The notes under the pieces: generated by a model
Databases searched by the model: none
What the model was told of the DNA's origin: nothing
Seen by the model: the letters and a program-made list of their open reading frames with translations, nothing else
Made by a program: the position numbers and the translations under genes
In this document: positions 12,121-23,987 of the stretch, one piece after another
How positions within the stretch are numbered: position 1 is the first letter of the stretch
Layout of the letters: the number at the start of each line of letters is the position of its first letter
From: Macrostomum lignano
Taxonomy: Eukaryota
Direction of reading: 5' to 3'
NCBI GenBank assembly: GCA_002269645.1
Contig: NIVC01002848.1
Location: forward strand, 71,727 to 135,726
DNA length: 64,000 nt

Positions 12121-14589
12121 TAGGGTAAGAGATTCACTATGCCATTGATAAAAGAGCTAAGGAATCATTAATGTCATTGATTAGATGGGACTAGAGGAGT
12201 AACTTTCTCAATGATAGGATAAGCTAGGAGAATCATTATGTTAATAACAAGATAGGCTAAGGAAATCAATCTTATTGATCTTATTGATTAGGTATATTAA
12301 TATTATAGAATCATTGTCTCACTGACAAGGTAAGTTAGGGAAGTTACTATTATACTATTAAGGAAGATTAGGGTCATTATTCTTAAGGGATAGGCCTATC
12401 AAAAAAGAAGGATAGATAGCTAATATAAAAATGCTAATATACCCACTAGTATATAGCTAGGCCTATAGTATATATTTTTACCTTGTCTAAGCCTAATTAT
12501 ATATTTAAATTTTTTTAATATACTTAAGGAACTATATCTCCAAAGGGCAAAGAGAATCATATATCTTTAAGGATAGCTAGCTAGGTTGGTTTAGAATTAT
12601 ATAAATGTAAGTTTTATATTTATTAAGATTAAAACAAAAAACATAAATTATCTTAAAGATTCATTTTCTATAATATGCCTAGATAAGCATTGGTTTTAGA
12701 ATTAGCTTAAGGCCTATTGCTTAGTTAATATTTAATAACATAAAGTTTATTGTACCATTAGACAGGTCTAACAAGTTGTATCAATTGGCCTTAAGCTATT
12801 TTTAAAAGTATATGATATTATAATAATAAGCTAAAACAAGTCATAAGATAGCTAGGCCTAATAATAGTAGTATTTGTTTGAGACTTAAATAAAATATCAA
12901 AATTTGGCCTAGGCCTATAAATTCCAAGTTAGGCAGCTTTAGGCCTATTAGGTCTATATAAAATTATAAGTTTAGGCCTATATAAGTTAGGGCCTATAAG
13001 TTATAACATAGGCCCCTATCTATATTTATAAAGTAAATTAAATGATAGGGGCCAATCAAAAAGAAAACAAACAATAAGCCTATATTAAGCCAAGGGCTAC
13101 TAAAGCCAAAAGGCAAAGTATAGTTTTCAAAACTTTTATTGAACAAATGATCTTGTCTATAATTTACAACTTTGTCTTTACATTAGCAAATTACTAGGGC
13201 ACTAGGCTAGATAGGCCTAGGCCCACTCCCACTTGTCTACAAAGTGTCTTACATATGCAGTAAATAGGCCCTGGGAAATTGTTAGGCCTACAATCTACAT
13301 TCTCCTTTTAAGTAGGCCTAGCTAGGGCCTAAACAACAATGCTCTGTTGCAGCTAGGCCCTAGGGCCTAGGTTAGAGCTAAGGGCCTAGCTAGGCATTTA
13401 AGGTTTAGCCTTATGATGATTCAGGCTTTCTCTGACTTATAGTTCGCTATACCTAGATTACCTAGATAAATGTCTTATTTAAACCAAATTTAAATAGGCC
13501 TAAATTAGCCTGCCACGAGCGATGCAGCCTGTGCAGGCAGGCCCTAGGCCTTACATGCATCATATATGCATTTAACGCAATACACTAGGCACAAGCCTAA
13601 AGCAAATTTATTAATCATCACTCAGGACAGGGCAAGGCACAACCGAATGTCCTACCCAGCAGCCCAGAGTCTGAAAATTTAAGTAAATTCGACCCACTCG
13701 AAGTAGCAATTAGCATTGCTTTCGAAGAAAATCAAGGAAATCATGTGATCCAACCTCACCATATTCGCGAACTATTTTACCTACTTAAATCAGTAGTAGC
13801 ACCAGCATAAGCATTGAAAAAATACTGTAAGAAAAATTTCCCGTGACTTAATTTTTTTATCGAGCCAGAAGATCTGAATCGGTTTTCGTAAACTTTTTTA
13901 CTACGTTAATTTTGAAAAAAATATTTAAAAATCTAAGCGCTCGACAGTAGCAGTTAATGCGCTCGTACGTGTGTCGTGACTTTCTGAAATTATTTGTCTC
14001 CCCTTCCCTTTTGCCTCTGCTGTTATAAATCCTAGCTGGTGCAATCATTTTTACTAGAAGTAATATAACACTCTGCAACATTGAAAAGTTTCCACGCTAG
14101 CGCGAGAAGGGTCAACGTTTTGGTGGGTGGAGATATTCGTGGTTTGAGCCATAGACAAATATATAATCCGGATTCGAACGAAGCAATTGGAACAGCAAAG
14201 AAACAAAGTACGCGAGCATGGGTGACAACTTGCCCAGAACAGGGTCAGTAACGCGTATAGCAGCCACGTGCGTACAGCAGAGCGCTCACTCTCCGGGGCA
14301 TCCCCAGAACCAGGCGTCGCAGAAAATCTTGAGCTAGTTGTTGCCATGCAGTAGACGCCGCCACTGCTGCTGCCTCCAGTGGACCCTTTGCACTGAACTT
14401 TGCACTTTGCACTGACCCTTCACTGCAGTTTGAAGGGTCGTAGTTTAATCGACTTGGTAGTGATGGATCGCATAAACTACCTCTATTATTTTCTTTATTC
14501 TCAAACCCACGCAACTTTTAGTCCCCTTTCGACAGGTAAAATTCTCCTCGTAGCCATGTGTTCTCATTAATAATCATCACGCATGTACT

Positions 14590-14630
<41 letters not shown>

Positions 14631-14639
14631 CTGCCTGAC

Positions 14640-16895
14640 CTGCAGCTCAGATCCTCCGATCCCTGTCCCGGGGCTCAACCCGGCGAAAGAGAGCGACTTC
14701 GATGTTGGACCCATCACTGTGAGTGAGGTTCGCTATGCGCACTTGACAGGATGAAGCCTGATGCTGCTGCGGGCCTCGGTGACACCCCCCTCAGCTCGGG
14801 TGCTCAAGCTGCCTGAACTGACGGACATCGTCACGGCTCTACTTAATACTGGTAACAACTCGCCAATCGGACGTGATCTTTCCACCCAGGCCCCAGAGAC
14901 GTGGCGCACCTCAAGAATGTGTCAATCCCGAAGGACACCTCGACCGACCTGAACAACCAGCTTGAGTGCACGCTTCCCAAACTGCTCAACTCGATACTGA
15001 GAAACAGCGGCTCGTGCGGGTCATCGACCCACTTCTGCTCGCCGTTCAGAGCGGATTTCGGCCGGGCCTGTCAACCACCGAGCAAATCGCTACCGTCCAG
15101 TGCATTGTCGAAACATGAAGGCTAGCTGAGGCACAATATAGTTAGCATTATCTTTGTTGATTTCATCAAAGCTTTTGACACCATATCGATCGCTCTGTCA
15201 TCCCCCTTATTTTGGCTGCTTACGAAGTTCCTCGAGCCCTCTGCGCGGTGACGGACTTCTACGAGGGTGCTTATTAAGTTCCCGGAAAATGAAGCTTGAA
15301 AATGCGCAAATCAAACGAAACTTCATCAGCAGTTAGGTGGGATGTTCCACGTTTGCTTGTAAAATTTCAGCTTAATCGATCGCAATGATCCACCGCAGTG
15401 GCCAAAGTTTGGCTGAAAAAGTGCCCCCCCCCTTGCCACAGCCGACTGACCGCGACAGGCGAGTGGCGATCCGGGTCCAGTTTCGGCTGGGCAGCTCTGC
15501 GGCCACCTGCCTCCAGACGCTGCGTGAGGCTCTTCGGGATCAAGCGCCATCCCAGTCGATGGTGTATGAGTTGTTTGCGCGCTTCCGCTGTGGCTCGGCT
15601 CGGCCACTCTGGACGACGATCCTCGCGAGGGGCGGCCAAGTTCGGCCGTGTCCGACGGAGTCGTTGCTGCTGTTCGACGTAACGTGGACGAAGATCCGCG
15701 AGTGACGATTCGCTGGTTGGAGCAGCTCGTCGAGGTGTCGGATTCCACCATCATTTAAGATCCTGCACCAGCACCTCCGCATGAGAAAGCTGTCCGCTCG
15801 CTGGGTGCCCCACCAGCTCAGCGCTGACCAGATGCGAGCCCGCATTAAATTCGCCGACCTCATGGCGGCCAGGTTTGACGGAGGCCGCTCAAAGTTGGTG
15901 GATAACATCCTCACTGGCGACGAAACCTGGGTCTACTTCTATGACCCAGAGACCAAAGAGCAGAGTCAAAGGAGCATCAAATTTCGTCGCGAGGGCAGCG
16001 TCGGAAAAGTGATGGCGGCCATTTTCTTCCGACGCAGCGGCATCCTACCGCCAGTGCTGCTGCAGCAAGGCGCCACAGTGACGGCAGAATGGTACAGCAC
16101 CGTCTGCTTGCCTCAGGTTCTGCAGGCGCTCGCACAGCAGCGGTCGAAGACGCTTGCCAGATGCATCTTCCTCCATCAGGACAACGCTCCCGCGCACCGG
16201 ACACGAGTGACCCAGGAGTTCCTTTAGGCGACCCAGCTAGTCCAGTTGCCGCATCCGGCATATTCGCCGGACCTGGCGCCTGCTGACTTCTTCCTCTTTC
16301 CCAGGATGAAGAAAAATCTGAAGGGGAAGCGCTTCGACTCGAGGGAGGAGCTGGTTGTTGCGCTGCAAGCTGAGCTGGACAGCTTCACCAAAGCTGATCT
16401 CAGGGGGTGCTTCGACGCATGGTTCCAGCGCCTACAAAAGTGCTTCGAATAGGGTGGAAATTATGTTGAGAAGTTATAATAGACTGTGGTCGCTGATTCG
16501 ATTATCAGAACTGAACTTTTCCGTGAGCTTAATAAGCACCTTTCGTAACACCAAAGTTTTTGTTTAGCTCGCACAGAGGATCGCACAGATTACTTCTCCA
16601 CCAGCTCTGGCGTCCTGCACGGGGACACCCTCGCCTCTTTCATCTGATCTATTACGTCCTCCGCCGCGCGCTCGAGAAAGAAGACGGCTTTGTCGTCGCA
16701 CGCCGCAGGAGCGGACGTTTCCCCGGTGTCACGATCGCTGCCCTCGATTTTGCTGGCGACATCGTCCACTCCTGCCGAGACCCGGAAGCCGCTCAGCGCA
16801 CCCTCACCCGCCTCTCTCATGAAGGCGAGCGAGTTGGCCTGAGAATCAGGCCCAAAAAACCGAGGTCCTGCACGTCGGCATCGCGAACGCCCCTT
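14640..16895 (+). mobile_element. Degenerate non-LTR retrotransposon (LINE, RTE-like) RT fragment, split by a mariner
   Basis: Frameshifted RT motifs: VIDPLLLAVQSGFRPGLSTTEQIA and IFVDFIKAFDTI to the left of the mariner; SSGVLHGDTLA and AALDFAGDIV (decayed YADD) to the right. Confidence 0.85.
15262..16545 (+). mobile_element. Mariner (DD34D) transposon, full length, inactive
   Basis: Imperfect ~28-bp TIRs (cgagggtgcttattaagttcccggaaaa / ttttccgtgagcttaataagcacctttcg); TA TSD; 1284 bp; motifs WVPHQL, TGDETW, HQDNAPAH and YSPDLAPADF; frameshifts and a stop codon. Confidence 0.95.
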
Positions 16896-17685
16896 GGTCC
16901 AAACCATGGGCTTTGGAGCAATCAATTTAATAATCCGAGCACCCATTTAGTCATTTCCAGTGTTATTTGTATCGCATTGGCTGCAAATAGACGCACGCAT
17001 TCAACATGGTAGAAGACGAGGAAGCCAGCGAGCTTTTGGAAGAAGACAGAGAAAGCTTTGTCACTGCTGATGAAGCGCTAAAAGAGCAAGATCATGCAGC
17101 ACCGTGGCTCCACTGTTGACGCTAAAAAACATTTCGAAACACCATGGTATTGAGTAGCCTTGAGTGAAGCCACAATAAGCAAAAGCCTCGACAAGCAGTT
17201 ATTAATCATTTTGAAGTACTTGGAAGAGATGCGGACATACCGGTGGTTCGAAACTCGCCAGAGAATATAGCGTGGAGGGAGGCAGGAACTCGCCCAGCGA
17301 CTGTCTGATTTAACCCCAGAATGTCATCTGATCTATGTTGATGAAGATCATCCAGGAGGTTTCACCCTATCTTGGCCTGGTCCGCCATAAGATCGTGAGC
17401 TAGACACTGACTGCCGACCTATTCCAGGTGTTCATCGAGGAGCTGCTCAACTCGATCAATAATCCGAAGGCGTCGACAAGGCGCTTCATTTCACTAACCC
17501 ACTTTTGCTAGTTTTCTGCCCTATCAGTTGTCGGTTCAGTTGTGTTCAGTTTTCTTTCTCAAACTACTTGCACTTTATTGCTTTGTCTCCCCAATTGCAG
17601 TGTTTAAATGTGACACAAGTCTAAATGACTAAATGAGTGCTCAGATTATTAAATTGGTTGCTCCAAAGCACATTGGATTGGACCA
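16895..17685. mobile_element. MITE-like element with ~65-bp TIRs
   Basis: ggtccaaaccatgggctttggagcaatcaatttaataatccgagcacccatttagtcattt is inverted at ~17622-17685. Confidence 0.75.
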
Positions 17686-18251
17686 TAGAGTACTGAGAAA
17701 TCTATCTTCTAACACTGGGTTTCCCCACTGATTATTAAATTGCTTGCTCATAATATTAAATGGCTTGCAAAAAGTTATACTACTAGCCATTGAGGAAACC
17801 CCCATTCAGTGCGTGTCTATGGAAAAAACCCCTCACCCTACGGGAGCTCCATATAGGCCGCAAATTGTCTACTGCCAGCGGATTGGTTGATTTTGGAAAA
17901 TGTTGGATTATGGCGCTGTTAGTTATACCATAGAATAATAAAGATCAGTGAGGAGTGATGTCAAAAATCAGTTGCAAAGCCCAAGGAAGCAATTTATAAA
18001 TAGAAGAGAGAAGCAGAAGAAAAACGAAAAGCAAAATTAATGCATTCAATCAACTTGAAGAATCTACATGATGGAGAACCTATAGCCTAGATGGATTCTC
18101 GTCAGCTGAGTTGGATTTTAGACTACGCCCCCAGCGCGGTGACTGCGACTGGAGATGAAATTTCAAGGTTGAAAACTATCGGATCAAGATGAGTTAGGCC
18201 ATAGACAGTGAAAACTAACTGAGAGACAAGCAAATCTAACAATCTAAAGTA

Positions 18252-19046
18252 CCTTTTTGCAGTAGCCCATTTGGGCCTACGCGCATTGAATTTAATCCAA
18301 GATACGTTTGCCAATGTGGCGAAGCTTTGTCTATGGTAGCAAGGCTGGCATAGCAGCATTTAATTTGGTCCAACAAGCATCAATTTGGTCCATAGCTTCA
18401 TTTGCAACTGCTGCGGAGGAGCAAGATCTGCCCCACAATTGTGGACCATTCGAGTATGCTGGGAAGTCGAACGAATGTGATCGAAGCTCTCGGCAGAGAT
18501 GAACACCCAAAGGACATTGCAAGGCTGCTGAATGTAAAAGAAAAGGTGGTTTACAGCATCCATCAGCGCGTTGAAACCACTGCAAGCAGAGATCGCTTGC
18601 GAAAGGGTAGCAATCCCCAAGGCAAGTTGCTGGAGCCTCGTGCAGGTCTAACTGCTACTCGACGGAGTTACGATGAACCCTTTGTTGACGTTGCAGAAAA
18701 TGCAGTAGAAGTTAAAGAAACAGTTCCAGCTTTCGACTGTCAGCAGAGCTCTGGAGAAGCAACTGGAAATTGTTGGTAGAGACGCTGAACTTCCAGCTGC
18801 ACTCAAAACAACCACAGACGGTTGCGAGAAGGCAAGAGTTTGCCGAATGGCTCACGAGCGTTTGGACCAAATTGGTGCTTGTTGGACCAAATTAAATTCC
18901 ACAGTGCCAGCCTTGCTACCATAGACAAAAGCTCCATTTGGCAACGGTGTTTTGGACATGGATGACGGAATAGATTCCTTCCTATTCCTTCATCCACGGT
19001 TTTGGATAAAATTCAATGCGTGTAAGCCCAAAAGGGCTTCAAAAAG
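18252..19046 (+). mobile_element. Non-autonomous DNA transposon with long imperfect TIRs and an IS630/Tc1-like HTH remnant
   Basis: 18252-18392 is inverted at 18862-19046. The internal decayed frames (IEALGRDEHPKDIARLLNVKEKVVYSI; MNPLLTLQKMQ*KLKKQFQLSTVSRAL) resemble a Tc1/IS630 N-terminal HTH. Confidence 0.55.
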
Positions 19047-19436
19047 CTATGTTTAATTTTTATCACTTTTTAGTCTAAACACGAAAATTTTACATTTTTT
19101 ACTCTAGTTCAGCATGAGCGTGAGTCATGAAGTTGAGTATAGTTTCTTACTCAAAACTCCCAAAAGTAATTCACGTAAATTTAGTTAACGAACTTCTATA
19201 GCCGTCTTTGGCTGATGTGATAATATTTGCATGAATCATAACTCTTTCCTTGCCTATACAGTATATCGCGCGTAAACATGATGAGATGGAAAACAGGAAT
19301 CCGACCAAAACAGATGCTAATTTTACTCATCTGTCTTGGCTGCGAGTGTATAAATACAATGCTCAATGCACGACCAGTACAAACGTTTCAAAAGTCATCA
19401 ACTGGAAGCCCCCACCGCCACTTTGCTGTTGCAACC

Positions 19437-20177
19437 ATGACTCATCATCGAGAAATTGAGCTGATTTTTGCCCTAGTCATCGGGTTGATCCTACTACATG
19501 CACCTGTTTGTAAGTTTCTATTTGTAGCGCTGTCGTATAATCACTGTACCTGCATTCTACTTTACAATGAAATTTGATCGATTTAACTTTAAAAATTACG
19601 TTTAAAAATTTTAGTATCTCAAGAGCCACCGACTGCCACCGCTACGTTAGAGACAAGCATTGACGCTGTAAAATCTTCAGTTGGTGAATCTGCCACCACT
19701 TCAGGAGTGGAACTGTCTGGTGGCAGCAGCACAGCTGGTACTGCCACCACTTCAGGAGTGGAACTGTCTGGTGGCAGCAGCACAGCTGGTACTGCCACCA
19801 CTTCAGGAGTGGAACTGTCTGGTGGCAGCAGCACAGCTGGTACTGCCACCACTTCAGGAGTGGGCTTGTCCAGTAGCACATTGTCTAGAGACAGCACGTC
19901 ATCACCACCGTGTGCATCAACAACTCGAAAAGACTGCAACTGCCACAAGATGACACCTGGATCGCTGCGGTTGGAGAATCGCAATCTCTGGTCAGCCGTT
20001 GTCGGCTTGGCCATAACCTGCTCTCTACTAGGCGTTATACTGGTGGGAGCTATCATATTAATTATTATCATTCGGCGAAGATTTGCCAATCAAATGCCGA
20101 TTCGCCGGGGCAAGAACAAGTACGGATTTCGATTCGCAACTCCGGCGACTATGGACTTTTCGCATGGACAAGTTTAA
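19437..20177 (+). CDS. Small Ser/Thr-rich single-pass membrane protein (~211 aa, mini-mucin-like)
   Basis: Exon 1 19437-19509 (signal peptide MTHHREIELIFALVIGLILLHAPV, gtaagt donor) joins in phase to exon 2 19615-20177, which has three 54-bp S/T/G repeats, a TM segment AVVGLAITCSLLGVILVGAIILIIII and an RRR stop-transfer. Confidence 0.8.
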
Positions 20178-20458
20178 CAAATTTTATTTTGTGCTGGTTG
20201 TTGCGGTCATTGTAAACCAAGTCAGTGTGCCTTATTGTTTGTTTATAATTTTTTACGGTTTGTTTTAACAAAGCTTATTGACAACAGCTTGAAAAAATTC
20301 AACAGCTATAGTTAGAACCGTATTCTTTAACACCGGCCAATTCTGAAGCTTATTAATCGGTAAAATAATTACGTCGAATGTTTTATACGTTCATCGCTTT
20401 GAAACTGAAATCTTAGGCAGATGTTGTATACATTATTGTACATTTGTATTTGCATCGT

Positions 20459-20699
20459 ATTTGCATCACATATTTTTATTTACTCACACTTCAGTGTTTT
20501 GGCTCGCGATATTTTTGTTTCTATTTTTAGTCGTTTTTCTTTCATATATCGCATTGGTGATATATATATGTATGATTATTATGTATGATGAAAGAATATT
20601 TTCACATATATATATGAAAGAAAAACGACTAAAAATAGAAACAAAAATATCGCGAGCCGAAACATTGCAGTGTGAGTGGATAAAATATGTGATGCAAAT
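20459..20699. mobile_element. MITE / long hairpin with ~90-bp near-perfect arms
   Basis: gcatcacatatt...gtttttctttcatatat is inverted as atatatgaaagaaaaac...aatatgtgatgc. Confidence 0.8.
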
Positions 20700-20991
20700 T
20701 CACATCCACTAAAAGAAAGGGTCTAACACGCGAAATTGCAGTCGTATGACGAATTTTTTTGGGGAGTGCTTTTTGTTTTCTCGGGGCATATTGTCGTACC
20801 CCTAAAATAGTAGTATATTATCAGTTACTGTTTTTTCGATTTACAAAATTAGGAGTTTTTGCCCATATGTCTACAATTTCTTAGATTTAGTTCTTTCTTT
20901 CTTTCTCTAGAGTGCTGGTGTACAAATATAATACATTTGTAGCCCTTGAGAGGGCTAAACGCCCTCTTGACCCCGCAGTCTTCTGACTTTG

Positions 20992-21838
20992 CCATAGACA
21001 TTTTCTGCGGGTTATGAAACCTACTGAATGCATTGGAGTAAATGGGATTTTACCATAGACAGTCTCATCAGCGGGCCGTGAAACGCGGTTTCTCGCCCAC
21101 TAACCATGGATAAAAGAATAGAAAGGATCACTCATCTGAAAGCGAGTCTATGGTTAGGACTTCTTAAAATTGGAATCTCCCCCCCCCCATGAATTTTATT
21201 GGCTGCTTGAATTTAATAATAGTCCCCCCAAGTTCTTAATGGCTGAAGCTGGTACGCGGGGGGAAATTCACGATTAACGCGCGTGCTAGGCTGTAGTATT
21301 AACATTATAATCTTTTCTCTTGTTTTAAATGCTAATTTCTTTCCCTTAAACCGTCGTGGTCCAAAGGAAGCAGTTATGTAGAAGATAAGCGTGCGTTACT
21401 CAAATAGAGCATGTATATATATCTCTTAGAAAAATGGTTGAAAAATAAAGCCCGCAACTTGACTAACTGCTTGGAATAGCGGCCATAATATAAGGCTCAC
21501 ACCATGCTCTATAGCACAGAATATACTGTGCTCCATAGATGTCTAACGTTAATCGTGACTTTGGAATTTCCCCCGCGTACAAGCTGCAGCCAGTAAGAAC
21601 TTAGGGGGGACTAGTATTAGATCCCAGCAGCCAATGAAATTCATGGGGGAATATCCCAATTTTAAGGAAGTCTTGGCCACAGACTCGCTTTCAGATGAGC
21701 GATCCTTTCTATTCCTTCATCCATGCCACTAACTATAACACTAATATGATCCTTTCTATGTTTTTCGTTTCTGTTATTGTTGTTTGATTGAAATACACAA
21801 CAATAATATTTAAAAAATATAAAAGAAATTGTCTATGG
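20992..21838. mobile_element. CCATAGAC-ended element containing a nested MITE (21105-21725, ~185-bp TIRs)
   Basis: Outer ends tgccatagacattttct / agaaattgtctatggca; inner long inverted repeat 21105-21290 vs 21545-21725. Confidence 0.7.
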
Positions 21839-21877
21839 CAATAATCGAATATTTAGCTCGTCTCAGTGTTGTTTGAT

Positions 21878-23987
21878 CCATAGACAAAGTCATTCCTGCA
21901 CGGATGCTACGCAGAAGTGGCACAGCTCACAGCAAAACGGCAGAGTGAAATTGGAGAGTGAGCTTAATTAATAGTTTCATAGCTCTAGAGCTGAGCCATG
22001 GCTGCAATTATTAACTCCACTATAGCAACTGCACTAATTGACTTCAACTACTGCTCTGTAAGCGGTTGTACAACGGACGCGCTGGCAATTGTGTCAACGG
22101 AGAGCTGGAAAGAGAGAGCGAAGAAGTGCTGGCTTTGTCGTTAAGCATGCCCAACAGTACTGATGCGGAGCTGGAGCAGCTATTGGCTATCGAGCCGGAG
22201 TCGCTGTGCAACCTGGACGAGCTTGAGGAACTGGCTCGGCAACTGGAACGAGATAACCAATGCAAGTCTAGTGTCGCGAAGAAAGAGGCGATTGTCCGGA
22301 GGTTCACGGCCTGGTTGGCGGAGAACAACCTCCGCTTAGACTACAAAGATGCTCCAGAAGAGGATGTGGCTAAGTACGTTCGCTATTTCTACGCTCACCA
22401 GCGGAAGGCGGATGGGACGTTCTATTCCCCGAATACTATCGTTGGGATACGTGCCGCTCTTTTCCGCTACTTCATGAAGCTGCGTGGCCTCGACATCATT
22501 GCGGATCCAGCTTTTCATGCGCTTCATCCGTAGAGCGCTATACATCCGTCGCGGAAAGAAGAGAGAGACAATCGTCGCAGGCATGAGCGGGCAACCGACA
22601 CGTGCCCTGACTGACAGCGACAACGTGCAGTTCGGTGGCAGTGAGACTGCTTTGGCACCGGTTTCTACTGGTAACCAGCCTGTCATTACAACAACGTCAA
22701 GCGCCGGCGCATCCACTGTGACGGTTTCTACTGCCTTAACGAAGCGCATGAAGATCGTAGCTAACGGCGAACGCAACGTGGTGGAGTTTACATTTGAGTG
22801 ATATGTGATGCAGTCTACTACGCTCCAATATTGACTTCATGCTGACCTTAGCGTTACTTCTTTAAATTTATCGTCACTTTGCAATTTCATTCTTGTTCTA
22901 CGTTTCAGTATGTTTTAATGGTAGATTTATCTCTAGGTTTCGAGTGCGTAAATAGTCTTGGCACGAGTGCGCGTTAGCTACTGAACCAATTCTACCTGAG
23001 CTACTGACCCAATTCTACCTGAGCTAGTGAACCAATTCTACCTGAGCTAGTGAACCAATTCTACCTGAGCTACTGACCCAATTCTACCTGAGCTAGTGAA
23101 CCAATTCTACCTGAGCTAGTGAACCAATTCTACCTGAGCTACTGACCCAATTCTACCTGAGCTAGTGAACCAATTCTACCTGAGCTAGTGAACCAATTCT
23201 ACCTGAGCTACTGACCCAATTCTACCTGAGCTACTGAACCAATTCTACCTGAGCTACTGAACCAATTCTGCCTGAGCTACTGACCCAATTCTGCCTGAGC
23301 TACTGAACCAATTCTACCTGAGCTACTGACCCAATTCTACCTGAGCTACTGAACCAATTCTACCTGAGCTACTGAACCAATTCTACCTGAGCTACTGAAC
23401 CAATTCTGCCTGAGCTACTGACCCAATTCTGCCTGAGCTACTGAACCAATTCTACCTGAGCTACTGACCCAATTCTACCTGAGCTACTGAACCAATTCTA
23501 CCTGAGCTACTGACCCAATTCTGCCTGAGCTACTGAACCAATTCTACCTAAGCTACTGAACCAATTCTACCTGAGCTACTGAACCAATTCTACCTAAGCT
23601 ACTGAACCAATTCTACCTAAGCTACTGAACCAATTCTACCTGAGCTACTGAACCAATTCTACCTAAGCTACTGAACCAATTCTACATGAGCTACTGAACC
23701 AATTCTACCTAAGCTACTGAACCAATTCTATCAGCCGAGATACCGAAATTTAGGACTGAAACTTACATGTTCGCAGGCAAAAATATTTTCCAGTGCTGTT
23801 GTCACTTAATTAAAATAAATTATAAAGCCCTCTTATCCCTCTTATAGTCCAAGGGTGCGGTAAATTCCAATCTATCTATGTCTATGGCTAAAACCAGAAG
23901 AATGCTTTGCCCATAAATCAATGGCATTCTTATTTGAGCCAGCGTGCGGGAATGAAGGCAGTCGTGCAGGAATTAAATAATCTATGG
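21878..23987 (+). mobile_element. Internally deleted Crypton-like (tyrosine recombinase) element
   Basis: ORF 22066-22533 resembles the core-binding region of Crypton/DUF3504-family recombinases (FTAWL...VRYFYAHQRKADGTFYSPNTIVGIRAALFRYF...DIIADPAF). It is followed out of frame by a C-terminal tail (ALYIRRGKKRE); the catalytic core is missing. Ends are inverted: CCATAGA-N7-ATTCCTGCACG on both sides. Confidence 0.7.
22978..23730. repeat. Minisatellite, 23-bp unit (agctactgaaccaattctacctg), inside the Crypton-like element
   Basis: Tandem copies visible. Confidence 0.95.
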
